Assembly (NCBI GenBank): GCA_028023455.1
Contig: JAQFVV010000004.1
Span: forward strand, 15,376,001 to 15,440,000
DNA length: 64,000 bases
Source: Epiperipatus broadwayi
Taxonomy: Eukaryota > Animalia > Onychophora
Direction: 5' to 3'
Part shown: positions 27,150 through 40,660 of the stretch, piece by piece
How positions within the stretch are numbered: the first letter of the stretch is position 1
Layout: every line of letters starts with the position of its first letter
Notes under the pieces: model-generated
Told to the model about the DNA's origin: nothing
Databases searched by the model: none
The model's input: only the letters and a program-made list of their open reading frames with translations
Program-made: the position numbers and the translations under genes

Positions 27150-29397
27150 TGGCCTCTTTAGGCCTCTTTCATCCCCAAGAACTTCATCAGCTTAAGTTTT
27201 CACAGATGTCTCTCCATGAAGAAGTTACAGTTAAGAAAAGTCAACACCTGATATTCAAATATCTCAGCCAGATATATGCAACAACAAGAAGTATATTTGC
27301 AGCTTTAATTCTGAATGGTACCAACAGAAATGTTGGCTTTGTGGCTGTGAAGTAAAAAATGTATTGTTTTGCCTTTTGTGTTTTCTGTTTGGAGGTGACG
27401 TAACATGGATAAAAGATGGTTATAAAAATATAAACAAAATGAAAAAAAAACTGAAAAACATGAGATCAAAGAAGCATGCTGAAAATATGGTTTCACTATT
27501 GCTTTTAGGAAACATAAATATTAAGAAGAAACTTAGTGAGGCATACAGATTTTGAATCAATGAGCATAATGTAAAGATGAAAAAGAACTGTGAAATTTTA
27601 ATCCAAAATACTAGGTTTTATTTTCTTTTATGGAAATTTTGAAACTACCTTATGTGGACATGATGAAAAAGGCAATTCAATAAATCCAAAGGTATTTATA
27701 GAATTAATAAATTTTGCATCTAAATTAGATCCAGATTTGAAGAATCACTTAAAACCCAGTACAGTCTTCAAAGGTGTTTCTAAGACCATTCAAAATAAGA
27801 TACTTGACTGCCTGCTACAAATATACCAAGAAGAGATAAGTGCAGAAATCCGAGCTTTTTTTGTAGCTGTCATGGCTGATGACCCAATATGTTTTGGAAC
27901 ACAATCAAATGGTCATTGTTCTATAGTTTATGTTGAATGGAGAAATATTTGAGCATTTTGGGAGGATTCTTTATTCCAGAAAATAAACTGCAGATAGCAT
28001 ATCAAAATGTATTCTAGAACAATTAGACATAATCCTTTAAGGAAATAGATAAAAACTAGATATCTCAGACCTTTGGTGGTGCAGATGTCATGAAAGGCAC
28101 AAAAGGAGTTCAAGTAAAAATAAGAGCAGTTTATAGTAATGTATATTTCATTCACTGTTATGCACTTCAACTTAATTTAATAATGAGAAATGCATCAAGT
28201 ATTACGCAGAATGCAAGAATATTTTTCACTAACATTTTGGCTATTCCAACATTCTTCTCAATATCACTGAAACATGTATCCATTTGCAAGAAGCATATGG
28301 ATGTCAGTATTCTACATCCATTCTCTGGAAGGTGGAACTTTAACATATGGACTGTAAACAGAATTCATGAAAATTTTGGAACCTTTACAAAGCTGCCTTA
28401 CTGAAATTTAGTGGCATCAACTGCTGATCAAACCATTGTAGAAGTAACAGGAATTTTAAAATATCTGAATGATGATAATTTCGTGTTTTGGTTAGAGATT
28501 TTTCATCAGATTATGTCTCATGTTGAAATTATTTACAACCAAATGCAATCTTGAGAAATTAGTGTCTTTAAATGTTAATGAATATGTAACAGATTTCAAA
28601 ATTGTTATTTTAAATTTAAGAAACTCAGAAGTACTGTGCGAATCCTTCAAAAACACTTACAATAGAAGATTTGGAAGTGTGTGACTGTATATGTGTTGAT
28701 ATAATGGACAGATAATCTTCCATTAAATACTTAGTAACTGTTAAATTGTTTGACAAGACTTTACTAGTTTTAAGAATGAACTGCTTACAGAAGAGATAAT
28801 ACTAACCACAGAAACATATCCAATGATTTTTGACAAAGAAAAGCTTTAAGCTGAACTAAACATATTCTATTGTAGATCCAATATGCATGAATATTGCAAA
28901 TTAATTGAGTTGCATGAAATTTATCTTGGAAAATAATATAGATGCTATGCTGTTCTTAGTGAAGTTATGAAACCGATAAAAATCCTAATAATAATTCTCA
29001 TGACTAGATCAGAGCCAGAGTGCTGCTTTTCAATGCTGAAAAGAATAAAAACTTTTCTAAGGAGGACTATGAATCCTGAAAGACAAAATGCATTTGCAGT
29101 GCTTTCAATGGAAAAAATTCTCCTCAACAATAATCCAGAGATTAAGGAAAAAAGTAATAATCATTTTGCGCAAAGTAAAAACAAGAAGAATGGATTTCGT
29201 TTTTAAATGAATGGATCGAGCTTGAACTGTAACTATTTAGGCTATTAGTAAGTAAAAAAAAAAAAAAATTTGTTTAGGATTTTGTCAAGGTTATGTATAA
29301 ATTTTCTTTTTATATTTTCATTTTACACAATATTACAACAATGGCTAAAAAATTTCTGGAGCAGCACCCCCACAAATTTTAATCACGAGCCCCACTG
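27150..29397 (+). mobile_element. hAT DNA transposon relic (ZMYM1-like/DUF4371-type transposase with hAT dimerisation domain), pseudogenised
   Basis: Fragments FKGVSKTIQNKIL, FFVAVMADD, MKGTKGVQ...FIHCYALQLNL, GRWN, and MTRSEPECCFSMLKRIKTFLRRTMNPERQ. Right TIR-like CACGAGCCCCACTG ends at 29397; left end not resolved. Confidence 0.9.
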
Positions 29398-30583
29398 ATG
29401 TCGTTATAATGTAAAACTGAGAGAGAATCCCCTAGCTGTATAAATATTATTAGATTTGTTTACTCTAATCTGCATTACACAGTTATATATTATTTTCATC
29501 ATCCCGAAATATTTAATTACTAATACACATATTGTTTTTTAAATATTGGATTACATTAAGAGAGTAATTTATTTGTTATCGGTTAAGGTACGATTTTGAT
29601 ATTATTATAATATATATGAAAGCAAAATTATTTTAAAAAGTAAATCTAAATTAATGTCGACTATCGGTCTTACGCAAGCAATGTGAATTGTTCAGATAAA
29701 GAAAAGACAGTTAGCTTTTCCAAATATTGATCTTAAGTGCATGGTTTTTTTTTCATTTGTGTTTTTAAAAAAAAATCGGAATTATTTCATTATTTAAATA
29801 ATAAAATAAAGATATAGCTGAGTGTAGATTTCCTAAGTGCGTATTAGTTAAAGCATTTATAGAACAATTAATATTAACTTTTAAAAAATGCTTTCATTTA
29901 TTTTAATTCTGGAAAGAATCCTTTTGGGAGTCTTATGATAAGGTTCTTGAAATAGAAACACAAAAATCCCATTCTCATATTATTAATTATTCATTGTATC
30001 TCTTATTCGCACAGCAAGGGAAAAGAACTCCAGATATATTAGAGAACATTTTATTTATTATACTGATGCATATAATCTATATCTACTCCATTTCAAATTT
30101 TTTTAGTAAAAAGATATACTATTATTAATATGTAGCTTTTAATTTATAAAGATAATACATTTGCCACCATTAATCCAGTAAAAATGATTATCTAGCTGTT
30201 ATTAGTTTTATTAACGTCCCAATTTAGTCTAGTCTCATTGGTTGATTGTCAGTACTCTGTCAAAATAAAAAATGCACTTCTAATGTAAAGTGGCCTCACT
30301 GCTAGTTGAAGGGGTGTCACATTTCTCTAGGCAATGACTCTTTGGTTATCTTTATTTTTTATTTTCCAGATTAAGGGAATTTTCAAGTTTTTTGTAATCA
30401 CTCACTATTAATGAATGACAAGACTAAACTGTAGAAGCTTAAAAAGTACTACTGTTATTGTTTAGTTCTGTATTAGTTAAGCAAAAATTAAATGGTACTT
30501 TATTTTAAAATGTTGCTACCAAAGAATTTCTTTATTAAAAATAACAAATGAATGTATTATTGTTGTTTTTTTCATATGTCAAA

Positions 30584-30655
30584 TGCATTGACCGGGAAGC
30601 GAATCCGAGCCAGTTGCTTGGAAGACAGCTATGCTAACCACTAGGCCATCAACGC
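30584..30655 (-). pseudogene. tRNA-Gly(TCC)-like SINE head (family D)
   Basis: 72 nt with a complete acceptor stem and CTTCCAA anticodon loop, but mismatches in the D, anticodon and T stems and T-loop TTCGCTT. Followed by TTTGACATATG(A)n. Confidence 0.8.
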
Positions 30656-31147
30656 TTGACATGTTTTCTGCATTCATAAAGAATGTTACATTTTATCGCG
30701 GCAAAGTTACTGTATTTGTTTTGCATTAAGTACAAATTCATTAATTTTATTTGAACATGAAGAAATATTATTCTAATCCTTTAATTAAATCACACAATTT
30801 AATTTTCTATTGTATGATTACAAATTAATATATATATATGCACGCATCAATTTATAGAAATATTAGAGTCGGCCCAAGAAAAAGCAAGACCCAATGGAAT
30901 GTTTTCATGCGGGAGAGGGGGAGGTATTTTACACATGATAAAAACACTTAAGATATTTTTTTTTTTAAATCTTCGTTAAAATTTTTATTTATTTTGAATC
31001 AGAATTTGCAAAAAAAAAAAAACATTCAAGAAAATATAATATAATTGTTTGCACTATATGTATTTATATTGATTCAATAAAATTGCACAAATTGGTATTT
31101 ATAATGTATAAATAATTACTTATTTATTATAAATTAGAAATAATAAA

Positions 31148-31219
31148 GCGTTGGTGGCCTAGTGGTTAGCATAGCTGCCTTCCAAGAAGCTGGCACAGGT
31201 TCGCTGCCCGGTCAACGCT
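31148..31219 (+). pseudogene. tRNA-Gly(TCC)-like SINE head (family D)
   Basis: GCGTTGGTGGCCTAGTGGTTAGCATAGCTGCCTTCCAAGAAGCTGGCACAGGTTCGCTGCCCGGTCAACGCT with a broken T stem and the same TTGACATATG(A)n tail. Confidence 0.8.
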
Positions 31220-31651
31220 TTGACATATGAAAAAAAAAAAAAGAATTGGTGCAATTTTATTTTAATATTTGAAAAATAAAATACAAATAATGCATAAAAA
31301 ATATTTTTTATGTGTTATTGCGAATCAGTTAATAACATCGTCATAATTTAATTTTTTTTGCAAATTCTGATTTATTAATAGATAAAATTTGTAATGAAGA
31401 GAAGTATTTGTGACCTATGCTGATTTCAAATTAACTTGACCAGAGCATTATGAAACATTTAGGTATACAGTACATAACTGAAAAATCTGCACTAACCATA
31501 CCCAGGGCTTCTACAATTGTATTACTCCGCATGAAATAGTTATTGCAGGGCCTATAAACTACAGAGTTTTGACAGAATACAAAATGAAACATAATTACAT
31601 TTAGCAAATGATAAAATGTTTTATTTTTTTGATTTTAGCAGAAGATGTAGA

Positions 31652-31707
31652 TCATACAGGTTCAGGGCCTTGTCCCATTGCATCTTTTGCATTAACCTTG
31701 GCCAGCT
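31652..31707 (-). CDS. Candidate terminal exon (ELAKVNAKDAMGQGPEPV*), unidentified protein
   Basis: TTGGTGTTTCTCAG acceptor, open frame to TGA, phase compatible with the exon at 35195-35232. Confidence 0.45.
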
Positions 31708-31809
31708 CTGAGAAACACCAATTTATTTGTATATAGCAACAATAATATCATATGACTTTCTTATAGGCTTCCAAGAACGATTATATACTGTAAAACTTGA
31801 ATAATCAAT

Positions 31810-32050
31810 TGATACGATGTGATATAGTGCTATAAAATCCTCCAAATGGCCTCTGGCTTTTGCCTCCATCAGTGAAGACTAGCATTCAAACTAGGAATTA
31901 ATACACTTACATATCTAACAATGACATTTTACACATTTATGTATAAATGCATCAGTTCTAGCTTTGAATTCTATTCCTTACTAATGCAAGGAAATAGCCA
32001 GAAAGTAGTCTAGAAATGAACATTTTATAGCATTATACCATGTCATATCA
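31810..32050. mobile_element. Very degenerate family-A-like inverted pair
   Basis: Minus strand has TCACTGATGGAGGCAAAAGCCAGAGG; plus strand has GCCAGAAAGTAGTCTAG; TATAGTGCTATAAAA / TTTTATAGCATTATA are inverted. Confidence 0.35.
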
Positions 32051-32184
32051 ATTTTTTGTTCAAGCTTACATTAGAATAGAGTGAAGATGACTGTTCTATT
32101 TACATATATTTGGAAAAGTTTACAAATATTTAATAAAACAAATATAATAACCATTGTTTCCTATTGCATTGCCAAATGTATATC

Positions 32185-32284
32185 ATATAATATTCAATTG
32201 ACCAAACACTTTACTACTTATACAAAGGGTGGATAATAAAGTATTGTAAAAATAGTAAAGGGTTTGGTCAATTGAATATTATAT
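32185..32284. repeat. 32-bp inverted repeat with ~36-bp spacer
   Basis: ATATAATATTCAATTGACCAAACACTTTACTA / TAGTAAAGGGTTTGGTCAATTGAATATTATAT. Confidence 0.8.
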
Positions 32285-32469
32285 AATAAACAAATATACT
32301 TATTACAAATGTTTAATAAATGAAATTCACTTGTAAAGACAATTATTATTACAAAATAATAAATTGCAAATATTTATTCAAAAAGATTCACAAATCCTGA
32401 TATGACATTTTTAAATTCATGTTCAGTCACGAAAGCACATTTTTCTTATGATTTGATTAAATCATCTAA

Positions 32470-32665
32470 CAGTGTTTCCCAAACTTTCAGCACTTGTTTA
32501 CCTCTTTAATAATTTTCATAATGCTAAGTACCCCTCGTCAAAAAAATTGCATATACGAAAGCTAAAAATACGCATGCAGGCAGTCAAAGTTCGGTGCTGC
32601 GCGTACCCCCACTAAGCTCTTCACGTACTCCCAAAGGTATGCGTACCCCACTTTGGAAAATACTG
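32470..32665. mobile_element. hAT (Charlie-like) MITE
   Basis: TIRs CAGTGTTTCCCAAA / TTTGGAAAATACTG; ATCTAA on both flanks (partial TSD). Confidence 0.8.
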
Positions 32666-35194
32666 ATCTAACAAATCAAGCTTTTCTTGTATCAATAGGA
32701 TTTGATATAATACTGTTGCTGATTCTCAATTCCTTTACTAAAATATATTTTTAGGATTAAGTGTATAATAGGCATAAAATTATAAGTCTGTAATATTAAT
32801 AAGCACGATAATGCAAATTATCATGGGTGCTACATAATAAAATTGTGCCTGAAAATGATGCATTAATTCTCTAATTTTTACAATGCCGGCCAACCTGCAT
32901 TTATTTACATATAATGTTTTATTTTTCGATTCATACAGTTAAATTGTGTTAACAATCAAAAGATAAAAGGATTATTCTTGATCAAACAGAAATGCTACTT
33001 CTCCCAAAGAAAGGCAATGAAAGACATGAAATATGACAAAATGATCATTTGATATCTTACTGTTTAATTATTAAAAATTTTGATAGATAGTAATTATTTT
33101 TTATTATTATAATTTTCCCTTCATTTTGATCAATTTTAGATAATAGAAAAATTATATTACATCCGTTTTTTAAGACTTATCTGTAGTGAGAATGGAAAAA
33201 TATTTATTTCCCAACGAAAATTGTTTTTCTGTGTTCATAAATCAAAGTGACAGTTCGTCTTAATAACAGAGTTATAATTATAAGCAGAGAATTCTTTCAT
33301 TATTGATCACTGAATGGCTGAAATATTTTTTGTCAGCTCTCTAGATATATATAATAGCATAGAGTTGATAGTATCTAAATTTATTATATGAGAATCATAT
33401 AAAGAAATCAAATGTAAAAATTGAAGGTTGCTTTAATTAATGTTTTTGATTTTGCTTCATTTAAAGTTGTTTCTTTAATTAATAACATTTATTTTTTCTT
33501 TTCACTTTTTCTTAATTCTCTACACAATTGCTTTCTTTGCTTATAAGTAATTTGTAAATTAAGAGTCATTAATTTTTGATTGAAATTTAGCATTTAATCT
33601 TTGATCTTTGTATACATCTCACCAGTCATTAATCACTTGAGTGATAGAGAGCATTGAATCAAAGGTTTATTTTTTTATAAATAAACTCAACTTTTAAATC
33701 AGCTACGTTTTCTGTAAAATATTAATTATGGCTGCTGATATAAAGTACCATCAACTGAGGTGAAATAATTTGTAACTATCTTGCTACAATGCACAGTTTC
33801 TTCATTGTTTTTCCATTTATTATTCAGTAAAAGATGAAAGATCACACAGTTGAATTTCCAATTGCAAAGTGATGATGATTTGATTATTTTTCTATTCTTG
33901 TTTTATCCTTTAACTAAGAATAGTGAAATATTCCTTTGCACATATATATACACACACTCATATTATTGCATTATAACAAAAGGCAAAACCTAGGTCTTTT
34001 ATATTTATTACATTCATTTTATTTATTTATTTTTTATAATATTTACATTTATGTAAAATAATGAGTAAACATTAAATCTCTAGTTATTAATAAAATTTGA
34101 TTGACAATCTAACTATTTTGTAAAATTTTGTTTTCCTTGTTTTTTCATAAAGCCGCTATGATTATTGAATTCTTTGAAGGAAAGGAAAATTAAATGATTT
34201 TTTTATTATTATTATTATTGTCAGAAATTAGCCAATATTTACATTTTGAGTTTTATAGTTCTGTTTCTGGGTGATGGACAGCAGAAGGAAAATCTCAATT
34301 CAAGTTTCTTCTATGTAAATATTTATTTAATTAAGTTTGGTTTAATAATTTGAATTTCTTTAACAATTGATTGTCACTTTTGTCAGATTTTTTAAAATAG
34401 AATTATGTGCATTGCAGTCTATATTTATTTTGCAAAAAAAAATTTTTTTTTTTCAACATCGTTTTACAATTTGAAATCTTATTTATTTCTTTAGTTTCTA
34501 TGTCTAATAAAAAACTTTTTGTGTTTTGTTTTATACATTAGGAGCAAATCTCAAGTACTATTATATATGTGATATATCTCAGTATGGAATGTCTGTCTGT
34601 CTATTCATGTGATATGTCTGTAGAGGAAAAATCTATGAAATAATCAATCCATAAGAAATAACGTTCTTATTTGTCAAAAAAAAAAGGCAATATAAAGAAT
34701 AATCCTACCAATTTGGGTGATGGTAATAAGTCTAACTAAAGTAATTTATTATACTATAATAATAAAATTAACAAATATTCATCTAGTAGTCAAAATGAAA
34801 AAGTGGCTTTTTATATTTTTTTTAACGTAGGAATAAATGTTTTTCATTAAGATAAGAACAGAGCTATGTTATCTTCTAAAGTGATACTAGAACATCAAGG
34901 TTTCTTTTTATCTAAAACTAAATGCAGTAAATTGGCTAGAAAGCATTCTTTATTAGAATATATTTAGCATAAGTTTTACTATGTAGTCTAAAAGAATTTT
35001 CATAAAATATCAGAAATTGTGACAGAGTTTCAAACACATTCACTTTGTTGGTTAGCATAGTTTACCGTTTTTCCTTTGTCAATTATTAGCTCTTATAGTC
35101 TAATAAACAACTGTTTTGTGGTTTTGTTTTGTGCATCAGGAACAAATTTTGGATGCTATTATAGTATGTGATTTACCTCAATGTGGATGCCTAC

Positions 35195-35232
35195 CAGGTG
35201 GCTCTACAGGAAGAACCTCATGAAAAAATGGT
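35195..35232 (-). CDS. Candidate internal exon (xPFFHEVLPVEPP), unidentified protein
   Basis: TTCTTACAG acceptor and CTG|GTAGGC donor, 38 nt. Splices in frame to 31652-31707. Confidence 0.45.
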
Positions 35233-35548
35233 CTGTAAGAATGATCTTAATAAGTCTATCAAAATGTAGTTTACTATGCTATAACAATAAAATTAACAAA
35301 TTAATTTTAAAATGTCATCCTTTTTTTAAGGTAGTGATCCCCTCCCCCTCCCCATTTATCACTGGGATAAGAATTGAACAATATTTCTTTTCTGAAACGA
35401 TTCTAAATATTATTGCCTTTATTTCAGCCTTAAAAAAATTTGCTAAACTATTAATAGAAAACATTCCTTTCTTAAAATGTACAAGACCATAAGTTTGGCC
35501 ATGCATTCTAATAAAATTTTTACACTATCCCACTAGATGACTCTATAA

Positions 35549-36019
35549 CAGGAGTGTCCAACAAGTCAATCGTGAACCACCAGTTGATCGCAAAGCCATT
35601 TTTCGGCGACTGCGAGGCCAATTTGGCAAGAGCTGTCGGGTAATGAGTGAAACAAATTAAGTCAAGATTTTCAAGTTTTTTTTTGTTATTTTTGTTTTTG
35701 TTCTAAATTTTTTTTAATTGTAGATAGGTGGAGTCTACTAAGCCGTATCATTATTGAAAATAATATTTTTATTCTTGATTTAATGTAGCTAATTTTAATT
35801 AATAAATATTGTTAATAAGTACTCATGTTGCTTTAATTCCCCCGGACATGAGTTTTTTGGCCTGTTAAATAATTGTTATTTTTTACTAGGTAGATATATA
35901 AAAATAGTATGTATTTCACACCTCCCTCCATTTAGACTATGCCTATGATAACAAGTCAATCGTAACACATTTTTAAAATAAAAAGTAGATCTTAAGAATA
36001 CAAAAGTTGGCCATCCCTG
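35549..36019. mobile_element. hAT (Charlie-like) MITE, 471 bp
   Basis: TIRs CAGGAGTGTCCAAC / GTTGGCCATCCCTG with a perfect 8-bp TSD CTCTATAA. Confidence 0.92.
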
Positions 36020-37934
36020 CTCTATAACATTAAAAATTGTGACATTACTCATTTCATTATTTTTATCAGTTGACATACTTTTATATCTTTTCCTTTATCA
36101 CTTATTAGATGCTATCATTTGATTTAATTATATTAAAGGGTTGACAAGAAGTTTTATTGTGATATCATATGGACAGAACATTGGTCTGTTTGCACAAATC
36201 CAATCAAATGACAGAAGCTAACAAACAGTCCTTCGAATATTCTTGGTTGAAGTCCAAAATGCAAAATTTTAAAGAAAATGTGACTGACTTATCAAAAAAA
36301 ATTTCTATTCATGCGTGGATTATAGATGATCGAAAATTTTATAACAAAGTATGAATCAAGATATTGCATTTTTGAATATTCAATAAATTTTCCATATATG
36401 AAAAAATACTTTCCAATTATGTTGTTTTGCTACATTTTTTAGGGGGAAGGCAAGTATGGTCATACATTAAATTTCCTTAAATTGCTTTTAACATTTATCA
36501 TCAATTATATCCTTATAGATGTTTTTGTGTTTCATTGCTTGTGAAAACATTAATTTAATGCACTTCTTGTGGTAAATTATTTTAAAATGATCTATATTCA
36601 ATAATCTATTCCTATATTCACTTTTAAGGATTATTTGTTTACTACTTTATTTAAAATACTTATTGCCTGCCATCAGTTACTTTTTCTATTGCTTTACTTC
36701 TAAGATTCCTTAGTAAATTCAACAATAAATTTATATATTTGGTATTTTGTGGATTCGTTTTTTATTGATTTCTTTTTTACAATGTCACTTGGCAAAAATG
36801 TCATTCAAATTGAGATAAATCATATGCTATAGTTGTACCAAATCATACTTGGAAAAAATTGGGTAATAGTAGAGCACTTACTCCCCTCTCCACCTCTCCC
36901 TCCCCTTTTTTTCATATTCTATGTATTTTAATTTTTTCTAAGCATTTTGTTTTATACTCATAAATAATTTTGGCTTTCTCAAATGCAACCCACAATGTTT
37001 TATTGTAAGTTCATTTTGTTTGTTAAATAATAGCCAGTAGCATTAAATTAATAGAATGTTTTAAATCATAGTAATTAATACTGAATTCCATAACAGTATC
37101 TTAATAAATGCTTACTTATTGATTTTATTAAAATTTATTTTTTTATTATTAAATATACATATTATGTCTGAAAAATCTTGTCCCAATGCTGATTGAAAAT
37201 CTAATTTAAATAAACATAAAAGTAGGTAGGAGTTTAAATTAAAAAGTTAACATTGGATAAAGATTTTAATATTATATCAATATAATCATGAAAAATAAAA
37301 AGAAATGTACATGAAATAAATAAATACTAGTATATGTGCATCTAAAAATATATTTGAAAAATTAATAAAAAATGAATATAATTTTGTTATCATTTTCTAT
37401 ATTATCCTCTATAACTAAATACTTTATTTTACCAACAGATTCCATTTTTGTATAAAGAAAACATTTCAACCGATCAAATAAGATGTGCAGGACACTCGCT
37501 TAATAACCCGAGGACACTCGCTTAATAACCCGAACATAATTTTTTGATTAGTAGAACTGGTATAATGTTATCAAAACATATTTGCCTTTACTATACAGTG
37601 AAATAAGATACAACAAACAATTCAATTATGAATAAATACAGTAATGTGCACTTCATATAATAAATGAATATTTTACAATGAATATATTATTTATAAGGAA
37701 TGCTAAAGAATATCATTGGCAAATGTTACACACCCATGTACCTGATATTTTTCAGACCTTCTTTGATTAGAGTGTCAGACATTATTTGCTATTGTTTATA
37801 AAATTCACTTATCAATTTTCTTTAATTATCTCTTTATGTTTTACACCTTTAGCAATTGGACTGTCTGTGCCTATGTACATTTAAAGTGTAAATAAAAGTT
37901 TATTGAAATCTTTATGAATAGATAGTACAATATA

Positions 37935-38215
37935 GGAGATTTGAACTCAGGCTTTCAAGCAATCTTCAACTATTCACACTATCTCACATACTACTGATAC
38001 ATATGACCACACACATGTAGAAAAGATAAATAATCACCAATATACATGTTTCATGCTGAACCAGCACTCATCAATTGGTCCAGATTATCATCTCCCACAC
38101 ATATATATAATCAGTGCTCAGTTTATATTAAGATAGCAAATCTTCAAATTTTAATGGACAGGCTTCAATCTACTCCAACCTCCAACTCTTCAGCCATCCA
38201 TACCATTGAAAATCT
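37935..38215 (-). mobile_element. Family C repeat (hammerhead followed by tRNA-like A/B boxes)
   Basis: High similarity to 51310-51590. Hammerhead at 38036-38079 with a C3->U change; B box GAGTTCAAATCTCC. Confidence 0.75.
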
Positions 38216-38837
38216 GATGATGGAAAGCCCAAATCCCATGCTGATGCCAGTATTACTGCCATGCCCATGTTGACCTCAAGTCACTCTAACCCCTCATGTA
38301 TATGACTTTATTCATTTAAATACATAGAAGAGGGATGGGCAGGATGCAGGCTTAATGTGTAAGATTTGAAATACAGGCATTCTTATAACTGGAACTTAAT
38401 TGTAAATATAGATAGTACACACATAATTTATACCTTTCATTATTATTATCACTCTAAAAGAATTTATGTGTAAAATGAATTTCTTTGAATAATAATAAAG
38501 GATAATATATGCAAATGAGCTAGATTGTGGAGAAAGGACTAATAAAAAAACCTGCAATGGTCTACTCAAAAATTGGCTAATATATTGAATATATATGTAG
38601 TTGGTGAATAGTAAATCATAGAATCATTGAATATACATTATATCTTTATGTGTGAAAATTCTTAGTTAATGGTAACACACAATTATATGAACTATATTTA
38701 ATGACTAAGTTAATTCATATGGACTTTGGAGATTGCAGATTAATTTATAATTGCTTCTAATTATTTTATTTATATTTAGGTAAATGAATAAACTTAACTT
38801 TTTAGTTTTTCTCTTTTAATAAAGTTATTGGTACTAC

Positions 38838-38895
38838 CATTGAAAGAATGTCCCCAGGATACAGCAAAATGGCTACAGTTGACAGTTTTTAGAAC
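38838..38895 (-). CDS. Possible exon (VLKTVNCSHFAVSWGHSFN)
   Basis: TTTTACACAG acceptor and open frame, but a weak donor and not directly phase-compatible with 35232. Confidence 0.25.
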
Positions 38896-40089
38896 CTGTG
38901 TAAAATTACAGATGAATGTCGCCCCAAAATTCTGATAACATTTCATATAAGAAGTTAAAAAACAAGTTGAATGCTTATTTTTAGCTAGTGACTACTTTCA
39001 AAAATGTATATATAAATGTATTTCCACTTTTATAGAGAAAATAGTATCTTTTCCGCATCTCTTATTTTACCTTATAAATGATTAATAAACTTTTAAGCTT
39101 TAGTTATCAACAAGGCAGTTATATATAGAGATCTCAATCAAGTTTTATTTTATATATTTATTTTATTTAACTTAATTTTAATACTTAGATTTATAACATT
39201 GATTTAATTTTAGAATTTGACATATATACATATATCATGGTGTGCTTTTAAATATTCAAGATAAAAGAAAAAATAGTTATCTTTCAAAGGAAATTTTATT
39301 CATAAGTCATAAAAATCATTTACAAAAAGAAGGACATTTACCTATCAATCTCAAAGGAGACCAGTCAACAAAATCAGAGGTTACGCTTGTATTTATATAA
39401 ACAAAAAACAATTTCATATCAATTACATTAAGACATTAGTTATCACCAGAAATTGAAGACATATAACTTTCCATTCCAGAAATCATAGTAGTGGCCCATT
39501 TACATTAATCTGATCATGTATATCACATATGTGATGGTGTTAGTCAATTCAAACACATATAAGTTTGTTTAATTTATGAACATGTGGACAATGATTAAAA
39601 CCATATTTGGCCATTTAGTCTATAGAGCTTTATCTTATCAAGTGAAGAGCATTTCAAATGTTTCTGTGTGTATTAATTTAACATTTTAAATATCGAGAGA
39701 TTAATCATTATGAACCATATATGAAAACCATACACTTTACTTGTAGATCATGAGGTTATCCAATCCAATATAGGGATTGCATTGATAAAAATAACTTAAA
39801 AGCAGGTTTTCATAGAATATGTGACTAAAAATTACACGAAATATATCATAGATTCTTTACAGTAAAAAAATTGGTTACCATTAAGCATTATTAAAGCAGT
39901 CATAATATATTTATTGGGTCATTGATTAAAACTGATCCGTTAATCAAATGAAAGCCCTTTCCTAGTATTCATCAATTAGGTGAATAACTTTATAATGGCA
40001 TTTTCTAGTTCTTGGATCTCTTCCATATAAAGTTTATCTAGAATGTTTTAGGTAAATGGTTCATTCAAATTTTCTCAGTATCTGTGGAT

Positions 40090-40660
40090 TTACAACTTTA
40101 TATTCTTTTCATCATCAGAACTACACTTTGTTTTAGGTTTATTAGGGACCAGGTCTGGTCGAACATCCAATTCTGAGAAAATTTTTGGTCTAATTCTTTA
40201 ATTTCTTTTAGTAAGTGTAAAGACATTTTAATCATGTCATATTCTTCTCTACTTTTGAAGATAGTCTTATTTCTCACTGACCAAATGGAAAAATTTATAA
40301 ATGTTGCCAATCTTATGACCCCAAAGTGTCCACTCTTTAGTCAAATCTACACAAGCTGATTCTTTGTTCTTAATGAGAGATTTAAAAATGTTTCTTATGC
40401 TATTCCAAATTTGACACTCCTTCAATATCCATTGTCTCATCATTACACCTACATAAAGCGCATATAGGGTCCGGGTTATAATTCCTTTTACTATGTAGGA
40501 AGACAGCAGTAGGCAAGGCCCCAAGATTGACCTTGATTAAAAAATCAACAAACCTCGGTCCCAATTTTAGATATTTGGTCAACCTGGAGAACCTCGATAT
40601 CCCAATCGAAAGAATATTGTCAATTTTAGTTTCTTCCGGATTCATAAGATCATATGTGTT
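40090..40660 (-). mobile_element. LINE 3' fragment with zf-RVT-like zinc finger (L1/Tx1-like)
   Basis: LGALPT...PICALCRCNDETM...KHF; WGHKI; INFSIWSVRNKTIF. Confidence 0.65.

Noticed and set aside
30584-31219. Functional tRNA-Gly(TCC) genes
   Set aside because: Mismatched D, anticodon and T stems, altered T loop, and a shared SINE-like tail.
36169-36354. 61-aa ORF with a possible GTATGA donor
   Set aside because: No good acceptor, upstream in-frame stop, and no recognisable homology.
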